DNA from: Bacteroidales bacterium
GTDB taxonomy: Bacteria; Bacteroidota; Bacteroidia; Bacteroidales; UBA932
Assembly: GCA_017509755.1 (NCBI GenBank)
Contig: JAFWOY010000027.1
Span: 1,983 to 65,982, forward strand
Direction: 5' to 3'
DNA: 64,000 nucleotides
The notes under the pieces were generated by a model, which made no database searches, was not told the origin of the DNA, and worked only from the letters and a program-made list of their open reading frames with translations. Positions within the stretch are counted from its first letter, which is position 1. The number at the start of each line of letters is the position of its first letter. Of the stretch, positions 34,643 through 44,310 are shown piece by piece. The translations under genes and the position numbers were made by a program.

Positions 34643-35451
34643 TTCTTGTCTATTAATGCTTGTTGTTTGGATTGACGGATGTTGATGACCAGCAATACGA
34701 TGAGGATAATCAGGAAGATGATGCTCATCAACGGCTTGAGTTCGGGCGTCAGGCCTCCCTTGCGGGCGTCTGCATAGATATAAGTCGAGAGGGTATCCAG
34801 ACCGATGGTGCCGCGGGTAAAGAACGTGACGGCGAAATCGTCGAGGCTCATGGTGAACGAAAGGATGAAACCGGAAATCATGCCAGGACGGAGTGCGGGC
34901 ACGAGCACCTTGCGCAGCGCCTGCGCCGGTGTAGCGCCCAGGTCAAGCGCCGCCTCATAGATATTGGGGTTCATCTGGCGTAGTTTCGGCATCACGTTGA
35001 GCACCACATACGGGGTGCAGAACGTGATATGGGCCAGGATTACGGTCAGATAACCTTGCGATATGCCCAGGAAAACGAAAAGCAGGAACAACGACACACC
35101 GGTAATGATGTCGGGGTTGATCATCGGGATGTTGTTCAGGAATGTCATTGTCTGCTTCTTGCGGCCGTGCAGATGATAGATGCCGATGGCCGCAATCGTG
35201 CCCAGGATTGTCGCCACGATGGACGCGGCCAGGGCGATCAGAAGGGTATTCTTGACGGCAGCAAGCAGTCCCGAAGAATTCTGCATACTTCCGTTGAACA
35301 GGTTTTCATAGAGCTGTGTGGAGAATCCGGTCCAGTTGCCGAGACTCTTGGCTTCGGTGAACGAGAAAACCACGATGAACGCGATAGGCGCGTACAGAAT
35401 GAGCAGTACGAGCCACAGATACGACTTGGCTAAGACTTTCTTCGCATTCAT
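34639..35451 (-). CDS. potC: Spermidine/putrescine ABC transporter permease
   Basis: 6-TM permease with the EAA-type loop YEAALDLGATPAQALRKVLVPALRPG. ATGA overlap with potD. Confidence 0.8.
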   Translation of the reverse strand: MNAKKVLAKSYLWLVLLILYAPIAFIVVFSFTEAKSLGNWTGFSTQLYENLFNGSMQNSSGLLAAVKNTLLIALAASIVATILGTIAAIGIYHLHGRKKQTMTFLNNIPMINPDIITGVSLFLLFVFLGISQGYLTVILAHITFCTPYVVLNVMPKLRQMNPNIYEAALDLGATPAQALRKVLVPALRPGMISGFILSFTMSLDDFAVTFFTRGTIGLDTLSTYIYADARKGGLTPELKPLMSIIFLIILIVLLVINIRQSKQQALIDKK

Positions 35452-36224
35452 CAGATGAGTCCTCCACTGGTTTCTTCAGCCTGTTCCCCGCCCTGCAGGA
35501 ACGTAGTCAGGCCGATGATGAGCAGCATTATGAGCGACAGCGCGGCGCCATAATTCCACATCGAATTATTGATATTCTCCTGGATGATCGTACCGAAGAG
35601 CTTGATCTTGTTGTTGGTCAGGAATTCGGAGATGGCGAAGGTCGAGACGGTCGGCATGAACACCATCATGACCCCGCTCATCACACCCGGCATCGACAGT
35701 GGCAGGGTCACTTTCCGGAATACCTGCCCGGGCGTTGCACCAAGGTCCTCGGCAGCTTCGGCCAGGGAATTGTCCATCTTCTTGAGCTGGTTGTAGATCG
35801 GGTAGATCATGAACGGCAGGTAATCGTAGCACATACCGAAAAGCAGCGTGCCCTTCCCTAGCGGAACGCCCGCCATCGTAAACAACTCAGCGGTCGCCAA
35901 CGTCCTCATGAGGGCGTTGATCCACATGGGAAGGATGAACAGGACCACCGTGACAGCACTGCGGTTGAGTTTGTTGTCAGCCAGTATATAGGCGGCCGGA
36001 TAGCCGATCAGGATGCAGAGCAGGGTATTCTCGATCGCCACCTCGATGGAGAGGGCGAAGGTGCTCAGCGCATCCTTGTCGGTGAAGAACTTGGTGATGT
36101 TGCTCAAGGTGAAATGGCCCGTGCCGTCCTGCAGCGAATACAGGACGATCATCACCAGCGGCAACACCACGAAGAGCACCAGGAAGATGAAATAGGGCAA
36201 AGCCCAGCTCGACCTCTTATTCAT
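35451..36224 (-). CDS. potB: Spermidine/putrescine ABC transporter permease
   Basis: 6-TM permease with the EAA-type loop [26 protein letters not shown]. 1-nt stop/start overlap with potC. Confidence 0.8.
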   Translation of the reverse strand: MNKRSSWALPYFIFLVLFVVLPLVMIVLYSLQDGTGHFTLSNITKFFTDKDALSTFALSIEVAIENTLLCILIGYPAAYILADNKLNRSAVTVVLFILPMWINALMRTLATAELFTMAGVPLGKGTLLFGMCYDYLPFMIYPIYNQLKKMDNSLAEAAEDLGATPGQVFRKVTLPLSMPGVMSGVMMVFMPTVSTFAISEFLTNNKIKLFGTIIQENINNSMWNYGAALSLIMLLIIGLTTFLQGGEQAEETSGGLI

Positions 36225-37614
36225 TTCCTGCGGTTCGTTTGGAAAGTTTGATGTCTTCGGGAAGGATCTTGATGCCTACGAAATCGCCCTTGTCCCAGAT
36301 GTCGTTGGTGTCAACCCAAATGTTCTCGCCGCACTCGGTCTTGACGGTAAGGTGGTAGTGGTTGCCCATGTAGAGGATGAATACCACGTTGCCGGTGGTG
36401 TCGGCTTCGTCCTCATGGTCGAGCAGGTCCACCTTCTCAAAGCGGATGGTTGCGGTGACTTCGTCGCCGGACTCGAAACCGGTGGTATCGCACGCGAACG
36501 TCGTTCCGAGGAATTCGACCTTCCCCTCTCCCGTCACTTTGCCTTCATAGACGTTGGCCTCGCGTTCCTTCTTCATGACCTGGATATCATCGGGATCGAT
36601 GTAGAGCATGACCTCGCTTCCGACTGGATATGGGTCGTAATCCTGGATCATCAACTCATAACCCGTATCCGTATCGACCCACATCTCATAGTGGACGCCC
36701 TTGAAGGTGCATGAATTGACCTTGGCCTTGAACTGGCATTTGGCCGGATCGTTGGTGAAATAGATATCTTCGGGCCTGACCACCACGTCCACCTTGACAT
36801 CCTCGCCGAAACCTTCGTCGACGCAGTCAAACTCATGCTTGATGAAGGCTACGCGGCGGTCGCGGAGCATCCTGCCTTTGAGGATGTTGCTCTCACCGAT
36901 AAAGTCTGCCACAAAGGGGTTCACAGGCTCATTGTAGATGTCTGTGGGTGTGCCTATCTGCTGGATCTTGCCTTCGTTCATGACCACGATGGTGTCGGAG
37001 AGTGTCAGGGCTTCCTCCTGGTCGTGGGTCACGTAGATGAAGGTGATGCCCAATTTCTTATGCATCTCTTTAAGCTCGATCTGCATGTCCTTGCGCATCT
37101 TGAGGTCGAGCGCCGCAAGCGGTTCGTCGAGCAGGAGCACGCGCGGCTGGTTGATGAGTGCGCGGGCGATGGCTACGCGCTGCTGCTGTCCGCCGGAGAG
37201 CGACTCGACATCGCGGTCCTCATAGTCCGACATGCTCACGAGTTTCAGCACCTTCTTGACGCGCTTCTCGATCTCGTCTTCGGGAACTTTCTGAAGCTTG
37301 AGCCCGAAAGCCACGTTGTCATACACGTCGAGGTGCGGGAACAACGCATAGCGCTGGAAAACTGTGTTGAGTTTGCGCTGGTACGGCGGCACGTCGTTGA
37401 TTACCTTGCCCTCCATGGTCACGGTTCCTTCGTCAGGTTTGCCGAAACCGGCGATCAGGCGCAGCGTCGTGGTCTTGCCGCAGCCCGAAGGACCGAGGAA
37501 AGTCACAAACTCACCGCGCTTGACATAGAGGGATATGTCGTCGAGCACTTTCTTGTCGCCGAAAGACTTGGAAATGTGGTCCAGCCGGATGATGATATCC
37601 TTTTCTTCTGCCAT
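36217..37614 (-). CDS. potA: Spermidine/putrescine ABC transporter ATP-binding protein (with extended C-terminal domain)
   Basis: Walker [10 protein letters not shown], signature [15 protein letters not shown], Walker [12 protein letters not shown]. 465 aa, about 90 aa longer than the classical PotA. Confidence 0.85.
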   Translation of the reverse strand: MAEEKDIIIRLDHISKSFGDKKVLDDISLYVKRGEFVTFLGPSGCGKTTTLRLIAGFGKPDEGTVTMEGKVINDVPPYQRKLNTVFQRYALFPHLDVYDNVAFGLKLQKVPEDEIEKRVKKVLKLVSMSDYEDRDVESLSGGQQQRVAIARALINQPRVLLLDEPLAALDLKMRKDMQIELKEMHKKLGITFIYVTHDQEEALTLSDTIVVMNEGKIQQIGTPTDIYNEPVNPFVADFIGESNILKGRMLRDRRVAFIKHEFDCVDEGFGEDVKVDVVVRPEDIYFTNDPAKCQFKAKVNSCTFKGVHYEMWVDTDTGYELMIQDYDPYPVGSEVMLYIDPDDIQVMKKEREANVYEGKVTGEGKVEFLGTTFACDTTGFESGDEVTATIRFEKVDLLDHEDEADTTGNVVFILYMGNHYHLTVKTECGENIWVDTNDIWDKGDFVGIKILPEDIKLSKRTAGNE

Positions 37615-37629
37615 GTCGGATGCGGGAAG

Positions 37630-38643
37630 TTAGAAGAGATTGAATTCGAAGAAATAGGTGGCACCGGCAGACAGGTATAGATCGGTATCAGAACCTAAAG
37701 GACCCCTGGTCACAGACGGGGCGGCCATGAAATGGACGCGGAGATCCTCGCTGTCGCGAAGCGGATACCAGTTGCAGAGTACTCCGCTGAAGAAACGGCC
37801 CGCAAATTCATATTCGTCCCAGTTGCTGCTGAACGAGTCGTAGCCCAACTTTCCAACCAGACCGAGTTTGTCAGATACCTTTGCCTCCAGGGACAGGGAT
37901 CCGGACTTGAGGAAATTGGTGACATTGAGGTCCGTGCCGATCGTCAGCACGTCGGTGAGGCCGATCTTGGCGCCGAGTGCGCCGATCCAGCCCCAGGAGC
38001 CGGAATGAGTCACGGAGCCCATCACGGAGACCGTTTCGCCTTCATAGAAGGTGTTGAAGGTATATGCGTAATTAGCCAAGTCGGAGGTTTCGAAGAAACG
38101 ATACATTCCCGGATCGGTGGTCATCTGCAGCGAAACCGTCAAGGTCTCGTCGACATTCTGCCAGCCGAAGCGGCCGCCCCACTGGTAGACCTGGAAGTTG
38201 TCCCAGAGGAAAGAATTCATCTGCCAGTGCGAGTTGTAGTCATATTCCTCGATTTCGAAATTGGCGATGCGCATATAGTCCTTGCCGGCGGAAATGAAGA
38301 AATTGCCCAGTTTCAGCGTCAGGTTGGCCCAGTCCACCCAGTTGCATTCGGAAGCCTTTCCGGTCATGCGATAAAGCGCAGCCGCGTCTTCAATGTCTGA
38401 AGTGAAAGCGAACCAGTGGTTGCACACGGAAAACGACAGATTCTTCGAAAGATTGCCTTCGAAGAGTGTGTACAACGAGGTGCTTCCCAAGTCGAAACTC
38501 CAGCTTTCTCCACCGTAATAGGATGGTTCCAGATCGAGACGGGGTACAATAAGCAACGTGCCCTCCGACTGCGCTTTTACATCTTGTGCGAAATAGGCAC
38601 ACGAAAGCAGGAGGAAGGCAAACAAGACAAACATTCTTTTCAT
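37630..38643 (-). CDS. Putative outer-membrane porin, first gene of the pot operon
   Basis: Signal peptide, alternating beta-strand pattern throughout, C-terminal ...ATYFFEFNLF. Confidence 0.6.
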   Translation of the reverse strand: MKRMFVLFAFLLLSCAYFAQDVKAQSEGTLLIVPRLDLEPSYYGGESWSFDLGSTSLYTLFEGNLSKNLSFSVCNHWFAFTSDIEDAAALYRMTGKASECNWVDWANLTLKLGNFFISAGKDYMRIANFEIEEYDYNSHWQMNSFLWDNFQVYQWGGRFGWQNVDETLTVSLQMTTDPGMYRFFETSDLANYAYTFNTFYEGETVSVMGSVTHSGSWGWIGALGAKIGLTDVLTIGTDLNVTNFLKSGSLSLEAKVSDKLGLVGKLGYDSFSSNWDEYEFAGRFFSGVLCNWYPLRDSEDLRVHFMAAPSVTRGPLGSDTDLYLSAGATYFFEFNLF

Positions 38644-38786
38644 TCGAGTATTTGTTTTATTTGGGGGTTAGACGGTTCCGGTTCCCAACGGCACGAGACC
38701 GAGCCCCGACACGCAGGAGAGCGGGTCGAACGCGCTGGCATAACCGTTGGAGAAAAGAAAGTTTTTCATAAGCCGGGATAACGGCG

Positions 38787-38794
38787 CAAAGATA
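38787..38794 (-). promoter_or_regulatory. Candidate -7 element (TATCTTTG on minus strand) for porin-potABCD
   Basis: The plus strand reads CAAAGATA, 143 nt upstream of ATG 38643. This would give a long leader. Confidence 0.3.
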
Positions 38795-38805
38795 GAAAAA
38801 AGATG

Positions 38806-38813
38806 TAAATTTG
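38806..38813 (+). promoter_or_regulatory. Candidate -7 element TAAATTTG for atoE
   Basis: TAnnTTTG match 18 nt upstream of ATG 38832. Confidence 0.4.
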
Positions 38814-38831
38814 CATATCAATTTTTGCGCA

Positions 38832-40181
38832 ATGTTCCAGAAAATCATCCGCGGTTGTGTCAAGCTTGTCCAACGTTTTCTTCCTGAACCATTTATCTTC
38901 GCTGTAATCCTGACGATCGTCGCTTTTTTGGTCGCGATGCCAGTGTGTCGGCAGACACCGCTGGAAGTCGTCGAGCATTGGGGCAACGGCGTGTGGTCTC
39001 TTTTGGCCTTTGCCATGCAGATGGCCCTTGTGCTCGTGTGCGGTTCCACCCTGGCGGCGGCCCCGGCTATCAAAAAGGGTATCAGCGCCCTGGCTTCCCT
39101 GCCCAAGACGCCGGCCGGAGCCATCGCGATCGTTACCGGCGTATCCGCCGTGGCCTGCTGGCTCAACTGGGGTTTCGGCTTGATCGTAGGTGTCATTTTC
39201 GCCAAGGAAATTGCCCGCAAACTCCGCGGTGTGGACTACCGGCTGCTGATCGCTTCTGCCTATAGCGGTTTCGTGGTCTGGCACGCGGGCATCTCCGGGT
39301 CCATCCCGCTGACGATGGCTACGCCGGGCAATGGCTTGAAAGAAATCACCCGCGGGGCCCTGGTCAATCCTGTCCCCATCTCCCAGACCGTGTTGGATCC
39401 GCACAACCTAATCATGGTCGCGCTGGTCATCGCTACGCTGGTGCTTGTCAATTCGCTGATGCATCCCAAAGGAAACCAAGTCATCACGGTTGATCCGGCC
39501 CTTTTGGTGGAAGAAGAGCCCAAGCCGGTCGCCAAACCCGATACGCCCGCCGAAAAGATGGAAAACAGCCGTTTGCTGAGCTGGATCATTGCGCTGCTCG
39601 GTCTTTCCTACGTCGTCATCAAATTGTTCTTCCGCGGCGGATCGCTCGACTTGAACACGGTCATCATGATCTTCCTGTTCACGGGTCTTATCCTGCACAA
39701 GACGCCGCTTTCCTATGTCGGCGCATTCACCAAAGCCGCCACCGGCGCGGCCGGTATCCTGCTGCAGTTCCCATTCTATGCCGGCATCATGGGTATCATC
39801 ATGGGCGTCGGCAAATCGGGCATTTGCCTGGGTACCGTCATCAGTGACGCTTGCATCAACATCTCGACGCCGACATCCTATCCCCTGTTCACCTTCCTCT
39901 GCGCTGCGATTCTGAATATGTTCGTCCCATCGGGCGGCGGACACTGGGCCATTCAGGCACCAATCATGTTCACGGCAGGGGCTGATCTTGGGGTGGATCC
40001 CGGCCTGACCGGCATGGCCATCGCCTGGGGTGATGCATGGACCAATCTCATCCAGCCTTTCTGGGCCATCCCCGCCCTGGCTATCGCCAAACTCAATGCG
40101 AAGGATATCATGGGCTTCTGCTTGATCGACCTCTTTGTCTCCGGCGCCATCATATGCACAGGATTGCTTATCTGGGCCTGA
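38832..40181 (+). CDS. atoE: Short-chain fatty acid transporter (AtoE family)
   Basis: Collinear with my recollection of E. coli AtoE: RFLPEPFIFAVILT, WGNGVWSLLAFAMQMALVLVCG, NWGFGLIVGVIFAKEIARKLRGVDYRLLIASAY, LHKTPLSYV, LLQFPFYAGI, VPSGGGHWAIQAP, QPFWAIPALAIA. Confidence 0.85.
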   Translation: MFQKIIRGCVKLVQRFLPEPFIFAVILTIVAFLVAMPVCRQTPLEVVEHWGNGVWSLLAFAMQMALVLVCGSTLAAAPAIKKGISALASLPKTPAGAIAIVTGVSAVACWLNWGFGLIVGVIFAKEIARKLRGVDYRLLIASAYSGFVVWHAGISGSIPLTMATPGNGLKEITRGALVNPVPISQTVLDPHNLIMVALVIATLVLVNSLMHPKGNQVITVDPALLVEEEPKPVAKPDTPAEKMENSRLLSWIIALLGLSYVVIKLFFRGGSLDLNTVIMIFLFTGLILHKTPLSYVGAFTKAATGAAGILLQFPFYAGIMGIIMGVGKSGICLGTVISDACINISTPTSYPLFTFLCAAILNMFVPSGGGHWAIQAPIMFTAGADLGVDPGLTGMAIAWGDAWTNLIQPFWAIPALAIAKLNAKDIMGFCLIDLFVSGAIICTGLLIWA

Positions 40182-42478
40182 TTGCAGCCCTTCTACTTGG
40201 CGCAGCCTGCGCCAAAGCCCCCGAGAGCGGTGTTTCGTACGAGTTGGCCGTCCAGCGACGCGCCCAGATTGACTCGCTGCGCTACCAACTTCATTTTGAT
40301 CTGCCTGCCAACCGGGAAGCCCCGGTCGAAGCCTCGGAAACCATCACACTGCAGCTATCGGAAAAAGGCACCCTGGTGCTTGATTTCCGGGAAGACCCTT
40401 CGCTTCTCAAATCTCTCAGTATAAATGGAGATAGCATTACGCTATCCTTTGTAAACGAGCATATTGTAATTCCTAAAAAGCATACTGTAGCGGGCGAGAA
40501 CCACATCGAAATCGTCTTCACGGCCGGCGACCAGTCGCTCAACCGGCGTGACGAGTTCCTCTATACGCTGTTGGTTCCCGACCGGGCCCGCACACTCTTC
40601 CCTTGTTTCGACCAACCGGACCTGAAAGCCAACTATACACTTTCGCTTACGGTCCCTGGGGACTGGACAGCCGTTTCCAACACTTCTATTGTAGAAGAAT
40701 GGGAAGCCGGTGCGGGGCGCAAATCCATCCGTTTTTCCGAGACCGAGCCCCTCAGCACCTATCTTTTCTCTTTTGTGGCCGGCAAGTTTGAAAGGGCTTT
40801 TTCCCAACGCGGCGACCGGACCATCTCGATGTATTACCGTGAGACAGATCCTGCGAAACTGACCCAGCAAGATGTGGTTTTCAGCCTGGTCTTCAACGCG
40901 CTTGACTACATGGAAGCCTATACGGGTATCCCCTATCCTTTCGCAAAATACGACTTTGTCGTCCTGCCCGATTTCCAGTATGGCGGCATGGAACATACCG
41001 GTGCCACGCTATACAATGACCGCCGCATCTTCCTGAACGCGAAGCCCACGGCCGATGAATTGCTCGACCGGGCCCAGCTGATCGCCCACGAGACGGCCCA
41101 CATGTGGTTCGGAGACTTTGTTACGATGCGATGGTTCGACGATGTCTGGACCAAGGAAGTCTTTGCCAACTGGTTCGCGGCCCAGATCGTCCGGCCGGCC
41201 TTTCCGGAAATCAACCATCAGCTGAATGACCTGAAAAGCTATTATGCCCCCGCCTATGCCGAAGACAGGACGGTCGGTGCCAACCCGATCTGGCGTCCGC
41301 TGGACAACTTGCGCAACGCGGGCCTGATCTATGGGAACATCATTTACGACAAGGCTCCCGTCGTGATGGATTTTCTGGCGCGGAAAATGGGTGCAGAGGC
41401 TTTCCGCCACGGTTTGCAGGCATATCTGCGCACCTATGCTTACAGCAATGCCACGTGGGATGACCTGATTGCCATTCTGGACAAGGAAGCGGACTTCGAT
41501 GTGGCAGACTGGAGCCGGGTCTGGGTCAAGGAAAGCGGGATGCCCTGCCTGACACCGGAAGCCTTTGCCGCGGATCAGATGGCTTATGGCTGGCTCCCCC
41601 TGGATGATGAGCAAGCGGAACGGGCGTACAAACAATACCCGGAACGCGACGAAACAGCCCGGTTGCGTTCTTTGATGAATTTGTATGAGAATGTGTGGCG
41701 GAAAAAGATTGATGCGGCCCGCTTCGTCACTTGGGCTGCCGAGGCCCTTTATGCAGAAACCAATCCCCTGATCTTCAGTTCACTGCTCGGCTATGCCAGC
41801 GACGCGCTCCGCTTCTCGGGCGAAACCATCCCGATTCTGGAACAAACGCTCCATGCCATCGCTTCGGAGCGCGTCCGCCCGCATGATATCCGTCTGCAGG
41901 CTTTCCGCACCCTGTCTCGAATTGTAACCAAACCAGCCGTGTGTGATCAATTGTTCACAATCTGGGAAAGCCAGTCACCGCTCCCGGGTCTGACGCTGGG
42001 TGAAAGCGATTATACAAATCTGGCTTATCAGCTGATGGTCCGTTTCCCGGACAAAGCCGAGGCAATCCGCGCGGAACAGCGCCAGCGCATCAGCAACCCG
42101 GATCGCGTGGCGACCTTCGATTTCGTAGCGCAAGCCGCCGCACCGCAACGGAAGGACCGGGAGGTTTTCTTCCGCTCCCTGCTGCAGGTTGAAAACCGTC
42201 GCCCCGAATCGCGAGTCCTCAGCTCGCTGGACCTGCTCTGCCATCCGCTTCACGCAGGCGAAGCGGTTTTCTATATCCGTCCCGCCTTGGAAATCCTGCC
42301 GGAGATCCAGCGGACTGGCGACATTTTCTTCCCGGCTTCCTGGTGCAAGCGGATTCTGGGTCCGCAGACCTCCCAAGACGCAAAAGAAGAAGTGGAAGCA
42401 TTCCTTGCATCGCATGAGGATATGCATCCACTTCTCCAGACCAAGATCCGGCAGAGCGCCGGCTATCTATTGCAGTAA
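40154..42478 (+). CDS. M1 family aminopeptidase (lipoprotein)
   Basis: ATG 40154 gives the lipoprotein signal MHRIAYLGLIAALLLGAAC. GGMEH (a GxMEN variant), the HETAHMWFGD zinc motif, and a downstream Glu in WTKEVFANW. Overlaps the atoE 3' end by 28 nt. Confidence 0.85.
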   Translation: MHRIAYLGLIAALLLGAACAKAPESGVSYELAVQRRAQIDSLRYQLHFDLPANREAPVEASETITLQLSEKGTLVLDFREDPSLLKSLSINGDSITLSFVNEHIVIPKKHTVAGENHIEIVFTAGDQSLNRRDEFLYTLLVPDRARTLFPCFDQPDLKANYTLSLTVPGDWTAVSNTSIVEEWEAGAGRKSIRFSETEPLSTYLFSFVAGKFERAFSQRGDRTISMYYRETDPAKLTQQDVVFSLVFNALDYMEAYTGIPYPFAKYDFVVLPDFQYGGMEHTGATLYNDRRIFLNAKPTADELLDRAQLIAHETAHMWFGDFVTMRWFDDVWTKEVFANWFAAQIVRPAFPEINHQLNDLKSYYAPAYAEDRTVGANPIWRPLDNLRNAGLIYGNIIYDKAPVVMDFLARKMGAEAFRHGLQAYLRTYAYSNATWDDLIAILDKEADFDVADWSRVWVKESGMPCLTPEAFAADQMAYGWLPLDDEQAERAYKQYPERDETARLRSLMNLYENVWRKKIDAARFVTWAAEALYAETNPLIFSSLLGYASDALRFSGETIPILEQTLHAIASERVRPHDIRLQAFRTLSRIVTKPAVCDQLFTIWESQSPLPGLTLGESDYTNLAYQLMVRFPDKAEAIRAEQRQRISNPDRVATFDFVAQAAAPQRKDREVFFRSLLQVENRRPESRVLSSLDLLCHPLHAGEAVFYIRPALEILPEIQRTGDIFFPASWCKRILGPQTSQDAKEEVEAFLASHEDMHPLLQTKIRQSAGYLLQ

Positions 42479-42480
42479 TC

Positions 42481-42729
42481 CTATTTCGTTGCTGCGACGA
42501 TATAGTCGCAGACCTGGCCGACCGTCTCAAAAGGAGCGGCCGCATTGTCGAATTGCATGTTGAATTTGTGCTCAGCCGCCAGGGAGAGCAGCAGCATCGA
42601 CAGCGAATCAATGCCAAGGTCACTGACCAATTTGCTGTCGAAGCCCACATTCGTCAAATCGGTCCGGGGCTTGACACCGGAGATAATCTCTTTCAGGCCT
42701 TCAAAAACATCTTCTCTTGTCATGGACAT
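42481..42729 (-). CDS. Acyl carrier protein
   Basis: 82 aa with the phosphopantetheine attachment motif DLGIDSLSML. Lies 5 nt downstream of the AMP-ligase gene. Confidence 0.8.
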   Translation of the reverse strand: MSMTREDVFEGLKEIISGVKPRTDLTNVGFDSKLVSDLGIDSLSMLLLSLAAEHKFNMQFDNAAAPFETVGQVCDYIVAATK

Positions 42730-42734
42730 CTCTC

Positions 42735-44228
42735 CTACTGGTTACGGGCGACTTTCAAGCTTCCGGTCCGTTTGAAATCCTCCTTGCGGACGGTCACTTT
42801 GGCGATACGGTGCGTGGACGGCAGACCTGCGTTGATCTTGGCGACCAATGCGTTCATGTACGCTTCGACCTCTTCCCACGGTTTGCCTTCAAAAGCCGGC
42901 ATCTGCGGGAGGATCTCGACAGCAATGACCTGGGTTCCGTTCAGGGTATCTTCTTTGACCATCGCATCGCGGACACAAGGATCGGCATAGAAGGGTTCTT
43001 CCAGGCTTTCAGGGCTGACATTCTCACCGTTCGGCAGGATAATCAAGTTCTTGATGCGGCCCGTGATATAAAGGAATCCTTCTTCGTCGAAACGAACCAG
43101 GTCCCCCGTCTTGAACCAGCCGTCTTCCGAAAAGGCCTCGGCAGTCTTCACTGGATCCTTATAGTAGCCGGAGAAGACATTGTCCCCTTTGATCCAGAGT
43201 TCGCCATCTACTACGCGGGCTTCCTGGCCTGGATAGATTTTGCCGATCGAAGTCGGTTTCTCAAGTGCATTCGCATTGGCGGAAGTCAGGTTGGCAGTCT
43301 CCGTCAGACCATAACCGAAGCAGAATTCCACGCCCAGTTTGGTAAAGATATCCACCAGCCGCGGCGGCACGTTGGCGGCGCCGGAAATAATCATCCGGAG
43401 CTGGCCGCCCAGGAATTGAGGGCCGTAAAGCTTGCAAAGACCGGCCAGGATGTCGCAAATGCCCGGGACAATGATCAGGATGGTCGGTTTGATGACAGGA
43501 AGCTGGCCGATAGTGGCCTTCATGTCTTCGCAGGTATGGATCAGGTTGCCGGTATAGAAGCAGCCCATCGTTCCGGCAATCAGGCCGAACACGTGGCTGA
43601 GCGGAAGCAATGCAATGTAGCGGTGCACACCGATGACCTTGCCCGGTTTGAAGATCGCGTTGTAAGCTCCCCGCATCAAGGCGCGATGGCTCAGGATAGC
43701 CCCCTTCGGCGCGCCCGTGGTTCCACCGGTGAAGAAGATGGCAGCAGGTGCATCCGGATCGACCGTGGCGACCGGAGTCTCTACCTCAGCGATACTGGAG
43801 GCAGGCAGGACTTTTACACCCTGCAGGTTGGCGCAAAGCGGAGCGAATTCATCCCGGACGAAAACAGCAGCGATGTCAAACTTCTTGCAGGAGCCGATGA
43901 CGGCTGGTTCCGGCAACGATGCCGGGAAATTCATTGCCACATAGCCCGCACTGGTGACAGCAAAGAACAACTCGATGGCATCCTGGCTGTTACGGTCAAA
44001 GATGGCGATATTCGCACCTTTAGGAAGACCGAGGCCGTCGATAAAGGTACGGCGCCGCGCGATGCGGCTGCACATTTCACGATATGTGAAGGTCTGCTTC
44101 AGATCGGACAGCGCTGGATTATCCGCATACTTTTCCCCAATCCAGTCGACGAAAGCCGGTACGGTGGGATAATAGGACAGCTGCTGCAGCTCTTCAGCAG
44201 GAATCATGTCATAGAAATATTGGCTCAT
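42735..44228 (-). CDS. AMP-dependent synthetase/ligase (long-chain fatty acid-CoA/ACP ligase type)
   Basis: Adenylate-forming motifs FFTGGTTGAPKGAILSH, GYGLTE, GWFKTGDLVRFDEEGFLYITGRIK. Confidence 0.85.
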   Translation of the reverse strand: MSQYFYDMIPAEELQQLSYYPTVPAFVDWIGEKYADNPALSDLKQTFTYREMCSRIARRRTFIDGLGLPKGANIAIFDRNSQDAIELFFAVTSAGYVAMNFPASLPEPAVIGSCKKFDIAAVFVRDEFAPLCANLQGVKVLPASSIAEVETPVATVDPDAPAAIFFTGGTTGAPKGAILSHRALMRGAYNAIFKPGKVIGVHRYIALLPLSHVFGLIAGTMGCFYTGNLIHTCEDMKATIGQLPVIKPTILIIVPGICDILAGLCKLYGPQFLGGQLRMIISGAANVPPRLVDIFTKLGVEFCFGYGLTETANLTSANANALEKPTSIGKIYPGQEARVVDGELWIKGDNVFSGYYKDPVKTAEAFSEDGWFKTGDLVRFDEEGFLYITGRIKNLIILPNGENVSPESLEEPFYADPCVRDAMVKEDTLNGTQVIAVEILPQMPAFEGKPWEEVEAYMNALVAKINAGLPSTHRIAKVTVRKEDFKRTGSLKVARNQ

Positions 44229-44258
44229 TCGGTTTCAGTATTTTTAGTAAAAAACCTT

Positions 44259-44266
44259 CAAATTTA
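44259..44266 (-). promoter_or_regulatory. Candidate -7 element (TAAATTTG on minus strand) for the ligase-ACP pair
   Basis: The plus strand reads CAAATTTA, 30 nt upstream of ATG 44228. Confidence 0.35.
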
Positions 44267-44277
44267 GCAAAAATACT

Positions 44278-44285
44278 TAAATTTG
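44278..44285 (+). promoter_or_regulatory. Candidate -7 element TAAATTTG for the GNAT-like gene
   Basis: TAnnTTTG match 25 nt upstream of ATG 44311. Confidence 0.4.
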
Positions 44286-44310
44286 TAGCGATAAGACCTA
44301 AAACCTGATC

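Noticed and set aside
40037-40153. N-terminal 39-codon extension of the M1 aminopeptidase ORF inside the atoE 3' end.
   Set aside because: ATG 40154 yields a canonical lipoprotein signal. The extension is His/Arg/Pro-rich and overlaps atoE by 145 nt.
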